From Octopus sinensis (Eukaryota): a stretch of DNA of 64,000 bases. Positions within the stretch are counted from its first letter, which is position 1. The number at the start of each line of letters is the position of its first letter. This document shows positions 26,887 through 41,524 of the stretch, piece after piece. The notes below the pieces were generated by a model, which ran no database searches, had not been told where the DNA came from, and was given only the letters and a program-made list of their open reading frames with translations. A program made the position numbers and the translations under genes. Where the stretch lies: the NCBI RefSeq assembly GCF_006345805.1, contig NC_043015.1, positions 10,602,001 through 10,666,000 of the forward strand, in the 5' to 3' direction.

Positions 26887-27529
26887 GTAAGTTTAGAGGG
26901 AATACTTGATAAGTGTATGTACCTGTATATGCCAGATAGTGGCATAGGTTAGATAATATACCAAACATAAATTAAAAACAGAACACAAAGGATATCTCCG
27001 TACACATGTTTCAAGCTTTATAAACAATTTGTTATTACATCAGCATAGGTATATTTTTTATATAAAAGATAGTTTAAAGCTCTCTTCAGCCCCAAAGGTT
27101 GCTATTCCAAAGATTACATCACAAAATTTTTAAAAATACATGTAGTATTACCCATTATAATAGGTTTATCATGTTCATTTGGAAACGTATATTTGTATAA
27201 AGGTTCGTTGGATTTTAAAAATCTGCTCATTCTGCAGCACTATTCAGAATAGAGTGAAAGGTAAATAGATTGGATTGAGTTTATATTTAATTAGCGTGCA
27301 TAAGATAAAAAATAAAAAATAAAGGTAATATAAGTAAAAACAAGAGTAATAAAAGTAAAAATAAGGATAATAAAATTAAAAATAAGGCTAATAAAGTTAG
27401 ATACACATGTAAATAAGATTTAGCAAACTTGGAATAAAGTAACAAAAGAAATAAAAACATGAAGTAGAATAAGAGATAAAGAGATAAAATACTTTAGAGC
27501 TGAGAGAAGGATGTTAGCATGGATAAGAT

Positions 27530-27584
<55 letters not shown>

Positions 27585-27599
27585 GCATGCATATATGGG

Positions 27600-27830
27600 T
27601 ACAGTACGTCACCAACATGAAATACGAAAGCAAATGAATTCAATACGCAAACAACGAGAGAAATAAGTGGAAAGCAGGACAAGTAACATAAAGAACGACC
27701 CCTCATCAGTTGTCGGCTATCTATCTACTCCACGTTTCGAGCATTCAATGACAATATTTGTTTTCGAAGACAGTTGCTCCCATAAGTACCAAAATAAAAT
27801 TTAGGATTTATGGAGGGTCAAAGTTGTGAA
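27600..27830 (-). mobile_element. Probable Penelope-type pseudo-LTR fragment
   Basis: The minus strand has ctcgaaacgtgg and caactgatgagggg, the hammerhead-core words typical of PLE termini. They are not in a foldable order. Confidence 0.35.
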
Positions 27831-28188
27831 CAAAAACAGGACAGTGGAGCCATACAAGGGAACCGAAATAAAAGAAATTTGGGTGGTCTTGAGACCAGAA
27901 CAAAGTTAAAATATTGAACGTTGGAGAAATATTTGCTTTGACAAGAGAAAAGATAGAAGAGAGAGATAGGATACGGGCTGTCCTTAGGACAGTTCCGAAA
28001 GAAAAGAAAGATAATCATGCGAGGAAGAGAAAGACAAACGATGGTCATTTGTGACCAATGATAGAGAGAAACGGAGAGAAGGGGAGAGATAGAGAGACAG
28101 ATAGAAAACAGTATAGAGTAGAGTCGCATCAAAAAGATAGAGATAAACTCAGTTGGAATGGATGCGTGTCGTTCAATCAAATAATAAT

Positions 28189-28242
<54 letters not shown>

Positions 28243-28244
28243 AT

Positions 28245-28590
28245 ATAAAAGGGCTTAGTAAATAATTACTTTGCCGCATACTGAACTCATTAGAAATAGC
28301 AGCTAAAAAAACCTTTTTAAAACTATTTCTAATACTTAAAGAAAACCTCTCTCATATAGTGCTTGCTCAATTCGACTCACGAAAGTATGGGGGTAGAGAC
28401 ATTAAAAAATCAAATGCAAAGGTTATTTGAGAACGTACGTTTCAAGATTAGTCAAACTCGACATTTCTATCATCAGCTCAGAACTCCCTGGTTTGGATTT
28501 GAAAACACTGAAAGTGGGAGCATACCCTTTCGGCTTCTTATCGCTTCTGAAGATCTGCTCGAAACTAACAGTGCCAACAAACCATATATA
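28245..28590 (-). mobile_element. Partial copy of the long-TIR foldback family seen at 48375-48842
   Basis: It shares the arm ttagaaatagcagc.aaaa. The reverse complement of 28380-28590 aligns by eye with internal 48520-48710 (e.g. actaatcttgaaacgtacgttctcaa vs actaatccagaaacggcgttctcaa). Confidence 0.65.
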
Positions 28591-28594
28591 TATG

Positions 28595-28627
<33 letters not shown>

Positions 28628-28628
28628 G

Positions 28629-29292
<664 letters not shown>

Positions 29293-29874
29293 TATTATAG
29301 ATTTTGTTTCACATCTCTACAATGAGGTTGGTATTCTCTATCATACCGCATCAGTAAATGTATTTTCCCTGTTGTTTTCTTGATTCGTTTGATGTAAATT
29401 ACCAAGGAACGTATTCAGAATGCCGGTAACCATTGTAGTAAGAAGCCAATAATACGTCTATAATAACATATGAGAAAACAGGAACATCTGAGCACACACA
29501 AAGGTAACAAGGTTTGTTAGACATTAGTATTAATTATCTTGAACGAATCTCCTGGTGTTCTGTGTTATTTAATAAAAGCTTCACTTTTGTTAACAAATTA
29601 TCAGTGGAACACTAAATCTACTGTTATTATCACCAGATATAATTCAATATTTTTTTATCTTGGTTGTTGAGAATGTTGTTCTTAAATATATGTATGTTAA
29701 AATCTATTATTTTAGTGCATCTCATAACATGTCGCTTATATACGCGATAAAACGTGCTCCTTTCGAAAGTACCATTGTACTTAAACTAATGAAACTTGGG
29801 TCAAAATACTTCATTAACTTATTGAATCTAATTCTCACGTTCCAGCAAAGGCACAAGAACGCCCACCTTAATAC

Positions 29875-30480
29875 AGTGTTGGAGGCGGCGTACTGACAAA
29901 ATACTTAGCCGCATTTCATCCAACTTTACGTTCAGATTTCAAATACTAACAGTGTCTTTACTTTTCATACTCTCAGAGTCAATAAAATAAGGACCGGTTG
30001 ATGAGTGGATTTGATGTAATAGACTTCCACTCTCTCTCTCGAATATTGCTGGACTTGTACCAGAATTTGAACCCATTATGAAGGTAAAATTGCTGAGAAA
30101 ATCTTTCTCAAATATATTTTATCCCTAATTTCATTAAAATAATTTAAAGGCTGGCCTCGCTGAATATATAACCCTAGATATACTATGTTTTCTCTGTAAG
30201 TACATACACGTCATATTTACGAAAAGGGTAAAATTAACATAAAAAAGTGACGAATAGAATGTGAAAATACATCTTAATACCAACATAATATCGTTTTCAG
30301 ATTTTGGAACAAGGCCGCCAAATGTCGTTGAGGGAGTCAGTCAATTACATGAAGCGCAGTGTCAAACTGGTACTTATTTGATCGACGCCTCAAAAGATGA
30401 AAGGCAAAGTCGACATCAGCGGAATTTTACCTGTGATCTTGAAGACGGATGAAATACTACCAAGCATATTACCCGGAATG
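29875..30480 (+). mobile_element. Two degenerate SINE family B fragments (29875-30075, 30315-30480)
   Basis: ggaggcggcgtactgacaaa...acgttcagatttcaaat and gatgaaaggcaaagtcgac resemble the 23107 unit. The orientation of the second fragment is probably opposite. Confidence 0.5.
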
Positions 30481-30786
30481 CTATCGTTTAATTGGTAATA
30501 TCAGTATAATATTACAAATCATTGTCTGTGGAAGCCTGGTTACTAATCTAAAATTTAATGTTAAACCGTGATCATTAGAGTTCATCAGACAAACCGGTTT
30601 ATGTCCTCATCGATAAACCGGTTAAATGAGAAAGAAACGCAGGCATTGGATACTTAGTGTTTCAGAACGAATGATATTCTGGCTACCATAAAACTGACAA
30701 TCTACGGTAGCGCACATGTAACTTCGGGTGATAATTCACACAGAATCACATAGCCATTAAGTCATCCACCTCTTGATCTCTTACAG

Positions 30787-31094
30787 AAAATAGCATGGAA
30801 ATTAGCTGGCTTATCCATGACGTCAATAACAAGAAAACGGAAGTAAGCTATTGAACAGCCAACAGCTGATGTTTGCCAAAACTTGCTTGGTAATTTTTTC
30901 AGGAAGAAATTAAATACCTTTCTGTAGAAAAGAAGAAAAGATCAGCATTTGTTCGCCCTAACTATGCTTATACCGAGAGCAATTTCGTGAGCAAATTTGA
31001 ACGATCTCATTTGTTACATGAATGTGATGAAACCACACAGTTTATCTGTGAAATAATGCTTTCAGAGAGTTTCTCTGAATGTTACAGCGTGTAG
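30787..31094 (+). other. Low-confidence two-exon coding candidate (30787-30842; 30903-31094)
   Basis: Acceptor ctcttgatctcttacag, donor gaa|gtaagc, a 60-nt intron and acceptor ttttttcag. Spliced frame MEISWLIHDVNNKKTE-EEIKYLSVEKKKRSAFVRPNYAYTESNFVSKFERSHLLHECDETTQFICEIMLSESFSECYSV*. No recognisable homology. Confidence 0.2.
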
Positions 31095-31427
31095 CGGATA
31101 ATTACAGCGACCTACGGTCTGTTATAAAAAAAGAACAGGCTGCATCATATGTATAAATGCATTATATCTACATGTATCTGAAATACAACTTAGATGGATA
31201 GATACATAGATAGATAGATAGACAGATACATACATACATACATACATACGTACATACATACATGCATGCATACATACATACATACATATATACATACATA
31301 CATACATACATACATACTACATACATACATACATACATATATACATACATATATACACACATACATACAAAAAGTGATGAATGATCATGGTTAAACTATA
31401 TTTTTGTCATAAACCTGCACAGGTTTA

Positions 31428-31588
31428 TGTCACTTAGCGGGTCGGCAAAAGAGTCCGATAGAATAAGTACTGGGCTTACAAAGAGTAAGTCCCGGGGTCG
31501 ATTTGCTCGACTAAAAAAAGGCGGTGCTCCAGCATGGCCGCAGTCAAATGATTGAAACAAGTAAAAGAGTAAAAGAGTAAAAGAGTAG
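31428..31588 (+). mobile_element. SINE family A 3' end with (GTAAAAGA)n tail
   Basis: gaataagtactgggcttacaaag...ggcggtgctccagcatggccgcagtcaaatgattgaaacaagtaaaagagtaaaagag. Confidence 0.85.
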
Positions 31589-32314
31589 GTAAATATGGTT
31601 AGCCTAACAAATACTTTTTAAAATGTGAGATAAAGTATCGAAACTTTGCCATATAGTTTACTGCCCCACCAAAAAAGAGAAAAACATATAGTGACACCCG
31701 TCAACTTTTAACACATTATTTCAACAAATGGTTCACGAAACATCTGCTAGTCGCTCAGTCACATACAAATGAGCAATAGACATAATTATCCGCAATTCTC
31801 TTTTCAGTAAAACATCTATCACACTTGCAAGTGTACTTTATGACAGAAGGCAAGAAACTTTTCTACTAAATATTACATAATTAACAGCGTTGATCGATAT
31901 TATTCTTCATTGCTCAACAAAACGTATTCACGAGGACAATTAACAACAACGGAACCCATAAAATTAACAGTAAGTATGACGCGTGGCAATAAACTTCTAT
32001 TTCGAGGCGGATTACACGATTTATGTATAAATTCATTTTGAAAACGAGTGACAATCTATTTATATAATAACTGACACTTTGCAAACAGAAACTTAATGAA
32101 AATATTGTGAAAATCTGTTAATACTGGCATATAATATTCAAATGATGAAAGAAAACAAAGTATATTTGGTAAGTTATGATGAAGTAGAAGATGGAGGTCT
32201 CAGATATATTGTGCGAAGAACAATTCAAATGTTTAATATGGAAGTGCTTCAATATTGTCAATCGTTACGTGAGTGAATATGGAAATAAGATTTCACGGCA
32301 TAGTTCGTTATTGA

Positions 32315-32432
32315 AGAAAGAGGAGCAGGCGGAGGAGGAGGAGGAGAAGAAGAAGAAGAAGAAGAAGAAGAAGAAGAAGAAGAAGGAGGAGGAGGAGGAG
32401 GAGAAGAAGAAGAAGAAGAAGAAGAAGGAGAA

Positions 32433-32464
<32 letters not shown>

Positions 32465-32580
32465 AGGAGAAGAAGAAGAAGGAGAAGAAGAAGAAGAAGA
32501 AGAAGAAGAAGAAGAAGAAGAAAGTAGAAGAAATAGAAGAAGAAGAAGAAGAAGAAGAAGAAGAAGAAGAAAAAGAAGAA
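32315..32580. repeat. (GAA/GAG)n almost purine-only tract
   Basis: Direct inspection. It is the source of the poly-E/K ORF 32191-32685. Confidence 0.95.
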
Positions 32581-35329
32581 ATATATTCACCAACCAGCAC
32601 CAACAGACTGTGGCCAGCAGAATGGATAGGAGCTTTATTCACGTATTCAAAACGTTTCCCAGAAAGAAATTTAAAATATGTATAAATATATGTACCTATT
32701 CAATGAATGTGTTCATGATGAGACACCATGAAATGATAAGGAAAACCAAGATTTGGACGTCAATAAGGCCTGCGTCCAATGTTGATCGCAGTGAAAACGA
32801 CCATATTTGGGAGCCAATAACCAACATTCGAATAAGATAGCTAACCTATTACAGAAGACGACAAAGAGATCTAGTTTGCAACACGCTTTCCAGTTGACTC
32901 ATTTGACACTGGATCAACCTTTCCAACTCATACGTTTTCATGATCAACTCAGTCAATCTCCCATGTGTCTTTATATGTGTTTTGTGTTTCACGGGGCTTT
33001 TTATATCATTTATATTAGTGAATAATTTCATTTATTTATGTAAAATTTGCTATATACATTGACTCTGCGTACTATTATTCACAGCATTTTCTCATTTAAG
33101 CTTTGCTGCTTTAGTTAACTTTGTATTATTATCCAATCATGAGACGACTATCTGACAGAAACGTTAGTACACAAGGTAAAAGACTTAGCAGCATTTCTTC
33201 TATCTTTACGTTCTACGTTCAAATTCCCCCAAGGTCGACTCCATCATGAATAATGTAGAGCCATCACCAATATCAAATATGGCGACAACCATTCACGTTG
33301 GACAAGTAAAACAGAATGTAACATATTGGGTTAGAAATATATTGAACTGCGTGAAATATTGAAAAAGTGTTGTTTTTGTTTACGTTTTTCACAATATCAG
33401 CTGTGAACGAACGTTCATTCGTTGTTATTCCATCCATATCCGTTACATTTCGTAATATGTGGTAAAACAAAGATCTCCATTATCCAGTATGTAAGTTTTG
33501 AAAGTTCAGCGTGTAATTTCTCGCATGCAGAGCGAACATGTATTTCTCTCTGATAATGTCAACAAAAACCTAACAGGAAGACCTGTACACATTTTACCAA
33601 AGTCAGATAACTTTTCGAAATGCCCCCTTCAAAGTCGATATGTGAGACGCTAATTTGTCGTCTTGTTTCCGTCAACGTACCTCATAGGAAAGTCACCTGA
33701 CACTGTTAAAATTTTACAATTTCTATTTTCATTCTACAATTAGCCTCAAAATATCACTTGACTTGTGTGAAGTAGTAATCAACTTTCTCTCCAATAACCG
33801 CTACTATAAACCATTACTTTCAATGCTTTCGTTTATTTCTTCATTAGATTGTGTTCAGTTGTATGATGAAGCAAATATGACTACAGGGGCACTTCAGTTT
33901 CGACAAAGCACCATTTCCTAATGTCTGATTTTCTTTTTGTGAAAGATGGAATTGTACGTTGTGTTGGAAGTTGTACTTATTTTGTCTCACAGATCGAGTC
34001 TCTTCTCCTTTTCGTTGCACTTTTAGTAACTGAAGCTGCTAGTAATATACGTACGTACATATACATACATATTACATATATGCATACATGCATACTCACA
34101 CATACATACTCACGCATGCATAAGTACATACATATATGCAATCATACATATATACACCTATGTATGTATGTATCACGTAACAAAAATGTCTTATATTGAC
34201 ACGGTAAGAACTTTTCATTCAATGCACACCAAATTTATCGATTTCTTATTCTATAATATAGAATTAAATTGAATATTTCCAGCTTCATAAATTTCATCAC
34301 ATATCTAATTTAATTATGTGCCACACCTATTCTTTGAAAGACACTAGGTAGTAAGAACACATAAAAATACGCCTCTAACTAAAATGGATTTCTCTGAAGA
34401 TGAAGGAATATTGAATATGTGTACAAATATCGTCGTTGCGGAAGATAGAAGTAGTGCAAAGATGGGCTATTGCAATATAAATATATATGCACTCATTTAT
34501 CTCAATCGTTAGGTGATACCCATACTGGGGCATCGATTTTAAATTCATCCACTCTTATATAGAGCCCGCTATATAATTGTGCGTGGTATTTATTTTACGG
34601 AATATTAGTGAAGAATGGATGAAGCTTAGTGACATTTCAACGGTAGAAAAGAACCCAATACAATTACACATATAGGCATATACGAACAGATTATATGTAC
34701 AGTCACAAGTGCACATCAATTTATTCCGAATTTGATGTACAGGTACCTGAGAATTACAAAACACAGAAACGTTGAACTTAATTCTTAGGTAAAAGCAGCG
34801 TGATATATGCGTGAAAATATAGTACTTTGTGAATAAGAGGCACAATCCAACCGACAGATTTCTATAGCTTTTCCTTAACTCGAAATAAATCCACTGAGGC
34901 AAGATAAAATTGAATTTGTAACTTTGTACAAGAAATCATACAATAATTTGGGAAACTGGTTCTCATGTAAAGAGGTTCACATTACGTTTACTTTTGTCCT
35001 TATTCACATAATCCCCCTTCTTCTGCCTTCCGACAACAATAAATCCCCTGTCCAACTCCTATATTACGTTTAACTATTTACAGTAGATTCCCACGATATA
35101 TAGCTATATGTTTTTATGTTTTATATTTTTATACGTTTAAACTATTTTATTTTTCTTATGCTGTCCTTTAGGATCCCCTTCCCTTAGTCCTATTATTTTA
35201 CTTATCGCAATTACTTATTTACCTGGGTTTTTTTTATTTTTTATTTTATTTTGCACATTTACTTGCCTATGCTGTCCATGGTTTATTCATTTGTTTCGTT
35301 TTTGTTACAACCGTGTCATAGTTTTCAGA

Positions 35330-36065
35330 AAAAGATAGCTGACCAATTAAGTTGTAAGACTGATCATGACCCCCTCTCCACTACACACAGGGATTCCGAG
35401 ACTTGTTGATCGGCAAAAAGTAACGAGCAAACACATTTTGGTCCCATCTGGTTCCTTACTTTTATTAGTACACTCATATATCAAATTTTCCCATGATGGT
35501 TTCACCACCATTAGGCTGCTTATGCCATACCATCCGCAACATTGCACCTACTAGATGGCACTTTACGTAGAAACTTTCACCTCCATATCACAGACCATAC
35601 TTTGAAATCCATCACTGAATTTCTATGTAAACAATGTGAATTACAAAGTAAACATAAGGCGAACTACTGCCTAAATTCACCCTTCCTGAAAAAACTCCTG
35701 AGAACGACTATATTCACCTATCCACCACGAGACCACGAAACAACATGGATCTTAGAATACATCACGGGGAGTCTGTAGCTTATTTCCCCTTGGTATACCC
35801 AAATAATTCTACTATGTTGTACTCCACTCACTAGCTCATGTTTGTTGTTATTCTTGCTCATATTCTTTTTCTGCCCTTTTTTTAAAAAAGACAAGTACAC
35901 TCTATGTATTGTTAACTGCTTCTTATATGTATTAGCCCTCCTAACCACTTAGACCCTCTGATGCAGATTCATCATCCAAGCTTTATCTGCACATCCCTAC
36001 AGAATACTGAAGAGATGGCATGAAAGATTTCGTCACTTCTTGGCAGAAACGGCCGTAAGAAACTA
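35330..36065 (+). mobile_element. Probable decayed retroelement (possibly Penelope-like ORF N-terminus)
   Basis: Locally less AT-rich with broken ORFs (HITDHTLKSITEFLCKQCELQSKHKANYCL). It ends in ctgaaga...gaaacggccgt, resembling PLE termini. The classification is recalled similarity only. Confidence 0.3.
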
Positions 36066-36272
36066 GTACCTACTAACAATCTGATATGTTGCTCTTTTCT
36101 GTAATATTAGTACATGCGTATGTAATACATTGTTATTACATGTGTATAGATTCTTTTAATACATTCTAATACAATGGAATAAATAGGGATACTAGAATGC
36201 CAATCGGCTGATGTATGTCGTTTTTGTATCACCTAGTTATCCGGATGTTTTTGTGCTCTTGTCCCATTTTGC

Positions 36273-36327
<55 letters not shown>

Positions 36328-36411
36328 CGACGTACGTACACTCTGTTCTCCTTTTATATATATATATATATATATAGCGACGTATGTACACTATGTTCTC
36401 CTTTTATATAT

Positions 36412-36460
<49 letters not shown>

Positions 36461-36461
<1 letters not shown>

Positions 36462-36782
36462 AGGGCGCGTGGCTTAGTGGTTAGGGCATTCGGCTCATGA
36501 TCGTAAGGTTGTGAGTTCGATTCCCGGCGACGCGTTGTGTCCTTGAGCAAGACACTTTATTTCACGTTGCTCCAGTCCACTCAGCTGGCAAAAATGAGTT
36601 GTACTTGTATTTCAAAGGGTCAGCCTTGTCACTCTCTGTGTCACGCTAATTATCCCCGAGAACTACGTTAAGGGTACACGTGTCTGTGGAATACTCAGCC
36701 ATTTGCACGTTAATTTCACGAGCAAGCTGTTCCGTTGATCGTATCAGCTGGGGCCCTCGTCGTCGTAACCGGCGGAGTCAAG

Positions 36783-36784
<2 letters not shown>
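36461..36784 (+). mobile_element. Young-looking tRNA-derived SINE (family E) with Meta/CORE-like central domain
   Basis: A box tggcttagtgg, B box gagttcgattcc, then gttgtgtccttgagcaagacactt...ctccagtccactcagctg...aaatgag. Flanked by (AT)n. Confidence 0.88.
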
Positions 36785-36841
<57 letters not shown>

Positions 36842-38414
36842 CATACATTCATACATACACAGTTCAGGGTTAAAGATAACAAAAACATGGTGACAGGTGA
36901 AGGACTTATGTTAGTTTGACACTCGGGAATAATAGAAACGTTTTTGACTTTTCAAGCCTGCGTTCTTCGACGGGGGCGGGGATAGAGAAAAATGGCGATC
37001 GAAAAATAAATGTGGAGAGAAAGAAATGTGTGTGTGTGTATGTATGTACGTATGCATGCATGTTTGTATGTATATACGTATGTATGTATGTTTTTATGTA
37101 CATACATTCATTCATATATGTTATGTGTGTGTTAATGTATGTGTTCATGCATGTATATTACAAAATATGTTACTGGGCCCAGTCAGACATAATGGCACAT
37201 GTGAATAACTGACTAATAATACACATTTTGCATACGCCTAATAAATGAAATTCCGGAAACTAGTTTAAAACTACTGTAAGTCATGATCTGATATATTTTT
37301 CAGACCTTTTCTACTATTGTGGGAGACATTTCGGGCATATGTTCCTAGTTTTAGATTTACCCTCTAAACAAATCAGATATTTCATTGTTCTTACTGAAGT
37401 AATTGTGAAAGCCATAGCAAGCAGATTCCTAGCACGTTTCTCCTATAAGCGGGTAAAATGAGCATGATCATAAAAACGGGCAAAAACGGAATTGACGCCA
37501 TCCGCAGGAATACCAATAATATATCTATTTTTAATAAATCTAATGTGGTAAACATCAACTGTATTATTGGCAACAAATTATCTGCAGACGCAAATACGTC
37601 TGTAGGTGAATGAAAAATATTGTTTTAATCATTTTGGCGACGACCAAAAACAGTTTAAAATTGTCTCTCGAACTCAGTGAAAATATTAAAAATATTAATC
37701 GTTGCCTTTTCCACTTTGCATGGAGATATTTGTAAGAAGAGTAGAAAATGATATTTTGACATAAATCGTTATAAAATGGTTCAGCCAGACAGTCTATTTA
37801 CCCAGCATTTTCGTTCAAACAATAATAATAAATATGGAATAACGATACATATTTCTACTCACTCAAGGAAGATTTAAATATTTGTTCATCCAATTTCATG
37901 TAATAATAACATCCTATTATTTTAGTAACTATCAAAGCCTGCTCATTTCCTTTTTCTTAGAGGTATTTGAAAGTCACATATGAAAACCACATGCACACAA
38001 ACATTTATATGTGTATGTGTGCGCGTACGTGCGCGTGTGTATGTGCACGCACGAGCACGTAGGTATGTGTGTGTATGTGTAAGTATAAATAAATAAATAA
38101 ATATATATATATATTTAACATATATATATATATATTTATATATATATACAAAACGTGTGAAATATAATTAATTTAATAAAATCAATAAATTTCACCTAGT
38201 AGTTTTATCGGTATGGAAAAGATCATTTTTGGTAAGGATTATATTAATTATAATAAAGGGTTAATTGCAACAAGCTGCTCAAAACCACATACCGAAAATA
38301 TTAGAAATGGCAGCCAAATAGATCACCATTTCTCCTACTAGTAAAAAAGTCTCCACGAACAAACAGAATTTGCATGTATATATATGATTTTAAATTCGTT
38401 TATCCTCTAAATTG

Positions 38415-38763
38415 TTTCAGGTATTTGACTGCGGCCTTGCTGGATCACCGCCTTTAGTCCAAGAAATCAACTAGAGGGGTTATCATTTGTAAGCCCAGTA
38501 CTCATTCTATTGGTCACTTTTGTCGAACCGTTATGTTACGAGGACGTAAGTACACCAGCATCGGTTGTCAAGTGATGGTAGGAGACAGACACAGCCACAC
38601 AAATACGTACACACATGCACACATAGACACACACACACAAACATGCATATATATATACAGTGCTTTTCTCAGTTTCCGTCTACCAAATTCACTCACAAGA
38701 CTTTGGCCTGCCCGGAGCTAAACTATAAGACACTTGCCCAAGGTGTCACGCAGTGGGACTGAG
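38415..38763 (-). mobile_element. SINE family A (5'-truncated)
   Basis: tttgactgcggccttgctgg...catcggttgtcaag...(CA)n...tttctcagtttccgtctaccaaattcactcacaag...cgcagtgggactga. Confidence 0.88.
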
Positions 38764-39092
38764 AAACACACACGTACACACCCACCCCATCGCTCACATA
38801 CACATATATATATATATTCATATATACATATATATTTAAAAATCGTTTCCTTCAAAGTGATGGAAACATCCAATTTTCACTGGTACTTCAGTGGAGTACC
38901 AGAAATAAAATGACATAATTACAATATACAAACACTAAAGGCAACAGAGAAATTGTATACGTAGACATTTATTTATATTCGGTTATGTATATGAATATAT
39001 ATGAAATTTATTTTATATATTTTGTGTGAGCTTGTTATGTACGTAGTATATATGAATATTAGTATGCATGTATGTATTTATGTATTTAATGA

Positions 39093-39145
<53 letters not shown>

Positions 39146-39148
<3 letters not shown>

Positions 39149-39553
39149 TACTCTTTTACTTGTTTCAGTCATTTGACTGCGGTCATTTGAGCACCGCCTT
39201 TAATCGAGCAACTCGACCCAGGAACTCATTCTTTTGTAAGCCCAGTACTTATTCTATCGGTTTCTTTTGCCGAACCGCTAAGTAACGGAGAAATAAACAC
39301 ACCAGCATCGGTTGTCAAGCAATGCTAGGGGGACAAACACAGATACACAAACACACACACGCATATATATATATACATATACATATATACGACGGGCTTC
39401 TTTCAGTTTCCATCTACCACATCCACTCACAAGGCTTTGGACGACTCGAGGCTATAGTAGAAGACACTCGCCCAAGGTGCCACGCAGTGGGACTGAACCC
39501 AGAACCATGTTGTTGTTAAACAAGCTACTTACCACACAGCCATTCCTGTGCCT
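39146..39553 (-). mobile_element. SINE family A, full length
   Basis: Tail tactcttttacttgtttcagtcatttgactgc, an internal (CA)(TA) tract, and head ...gggactgaacccagaaccatg...cttaccacacagccattcctgtgcct. Confidence 0.92.
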
Positions 39554-40181
39554 ATATATTAAGAAAATATATATAGGTTAGGAAAATAAGAGAAATTCTC
39601 TACCAGTGGCTAGCATCCATGAAATAGTCTATAGACAACATATTATTAATATAATATTAGCGTACATTTATGTCTAAAAGTGGTGACTGTACAGGACAAC
39701 TTTCATGCTAAAAAGAACGGTCAAATTACAAACTACGGTTAAGAGTATTTGCGAAGGGGGATGACAAATAAAAACAGTTTCAATAGTTACCAGTTATATC
39801 TAGGTTTCGAACATTAATAAACAAATAAAATAATTTGCTATCCAAGATTTTTGTAATTTTGAAGGAAGTTGGTATATATATTTGTATTTGCTGTCGACGA
39901 TAACTGCACATGCGCGGTAGGTTTAAACAATTATTATGTATAGAGATTCCGTCTATTTTTCTCGGAATTTAATTATACGTTAATTGTTAGATTCTCTGCC
40001 GATGAAAAACACGGATAACAAATTATTTTATTTGTTCATTAATGTTGGAAACATAGGTACAAGTGTGTTTGTTTTTTCATCCCCATCGAAGTTATTCTTA
40101 ACCGTGATTTGGATTTTGAATGTTCCTTTTAGCATGTAAGTTGTCCTCTCAGGGTCACCTCCTTTGTGTTTAATTGTACAC

Positions 40182-40214
<33 letters not shown>

Positions 40215-40224
<10 letters not shown>

Positions 40225-40328
40225 ATCCGACGAGACCATCAGATGTTGCTACACAACACTGGTCACAATGCGTTCGCATTGCTTTTTACCTTTCGAATGA
40301 CGCCACCTCACTGGCTTAGCGAGCAGAC

Positions 40329-40332
<4 letters not shown>
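40215..40332 (-). mobile_element. SINE family C 3' fragment
   Basis: Reverse complement of 10470-10590. Confidence 0.8.
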
Positions 40333-40387
<55 letters not shown>

Positions 40388-41524
40388 TGTATGTATATAT
40401 ATATACGTAAGTGCACGTGTATAGGTATATCACCCTGTAGAGAATCAAGACTGGTGTCAGTATTATTCATTTTGAGACCAAGTCGGTCACAGTCGACAAA
40501 TATGAATCATTGCAATGGTCTGTGTATGTCGAATAGTGGTAGATTTACGACCACATGATTTGTGATATCTCCTCCGGAGTCCAAATCATATTTAGGTTTC
40601 CATAGCTAGTGTCACTCGGCCGACTTGCGGAATAGGTTGGCATACATCTAGTTTAAACCTACATGCAATATTATGTCAAAAGCTGCACTCCTCACAGGCT
40701 CGAAAGCATGCGACCTGAAATTGATAAGTAAATACATTTACTTACCATAATGAGAGTCGAATAAAGATGTGTTGGTCAATGCTTCATTCAGTTACTTTTC
40801 ATTGACCGCAGAACCAAATTTGGATATGAAATGTGTTACAATAACATTTTTACATACGTTTCGTGTCCACAACCTCTCACCACAGGACGGATACAGTTAA
40901 ATCAGTCCAGTATTAGATTCGTGGAAATAGAATCGATCTGGTGTGAATGAAAGTCAAAGTTAACCTCCGGAGAATTCTAAACGCAAGAGATAGAAAAATT
41001 ATCAAATGTTCCAAAGTGTTATTACAGGCCTCCTACTGATTCTTCTGCTTTTAGTAACTAATAACACTTGCTCATTTCCTCAAATAATGGGAGTTATTCA
41101 GCGACATGCGCCAGCCCGTTTTAGGTGGTGAATATAAAGGATTTCAATTATTTCCCTAAATTGCATAATGGTTTTGTCATAGGAGGAATAGCTGTGCCCT
41201 TGAAGTTTTTCAATCATTTTGTTATTGTTGCAAATGAAGAAGGAAGCTATCATCTGAGGAGTGACCGTTTCTGAATTATTTCCAGAGAGGAAACACTGTT
41301 AAAAGCGAACATTTCCAAGGAGAATTGTGAAATATTTCACTGAAATTATGCTTGCCCTCAAAATCTGAGTTTCTATAATTTTCTCCACACTGAAATGATG
41401 AACAACATATTCCATTCGAAGATAAGTATGCAATTAAATATTAGAAGGAAGTTTCTTTTGTATGCTATCGATTCTGTCACCCATGTTTCTACATAATAAT
41501 GATAAGTATGGGGAGTTACAAAGA

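Noticed and set aside
32191-32685. 164-aa E/K-rich ORF
   Set aside because: Its length is due to the (GAA/GAG)n tract, and the unique flanks show no domain.
33401-33490. Plus-strand exon-like segment with strong acceptor and gtaagt donor
   Set aside because: All three frames contain stops; it cannot be supported as coding and there is no evidence for a non-coding transcript.
36461-36535. Possible tRNA-Met gene (CAT anticodon-like loop)
   Set aside because: Acceptor and anticodon stems pair poorly and the sequence continues into a SINE body; it is a SINE head.
40715-40745. Minus-strand GT..AG pair with good consensus
   Set aside because: The implied intron is only ~31 nt and the flanking frames contain stops.
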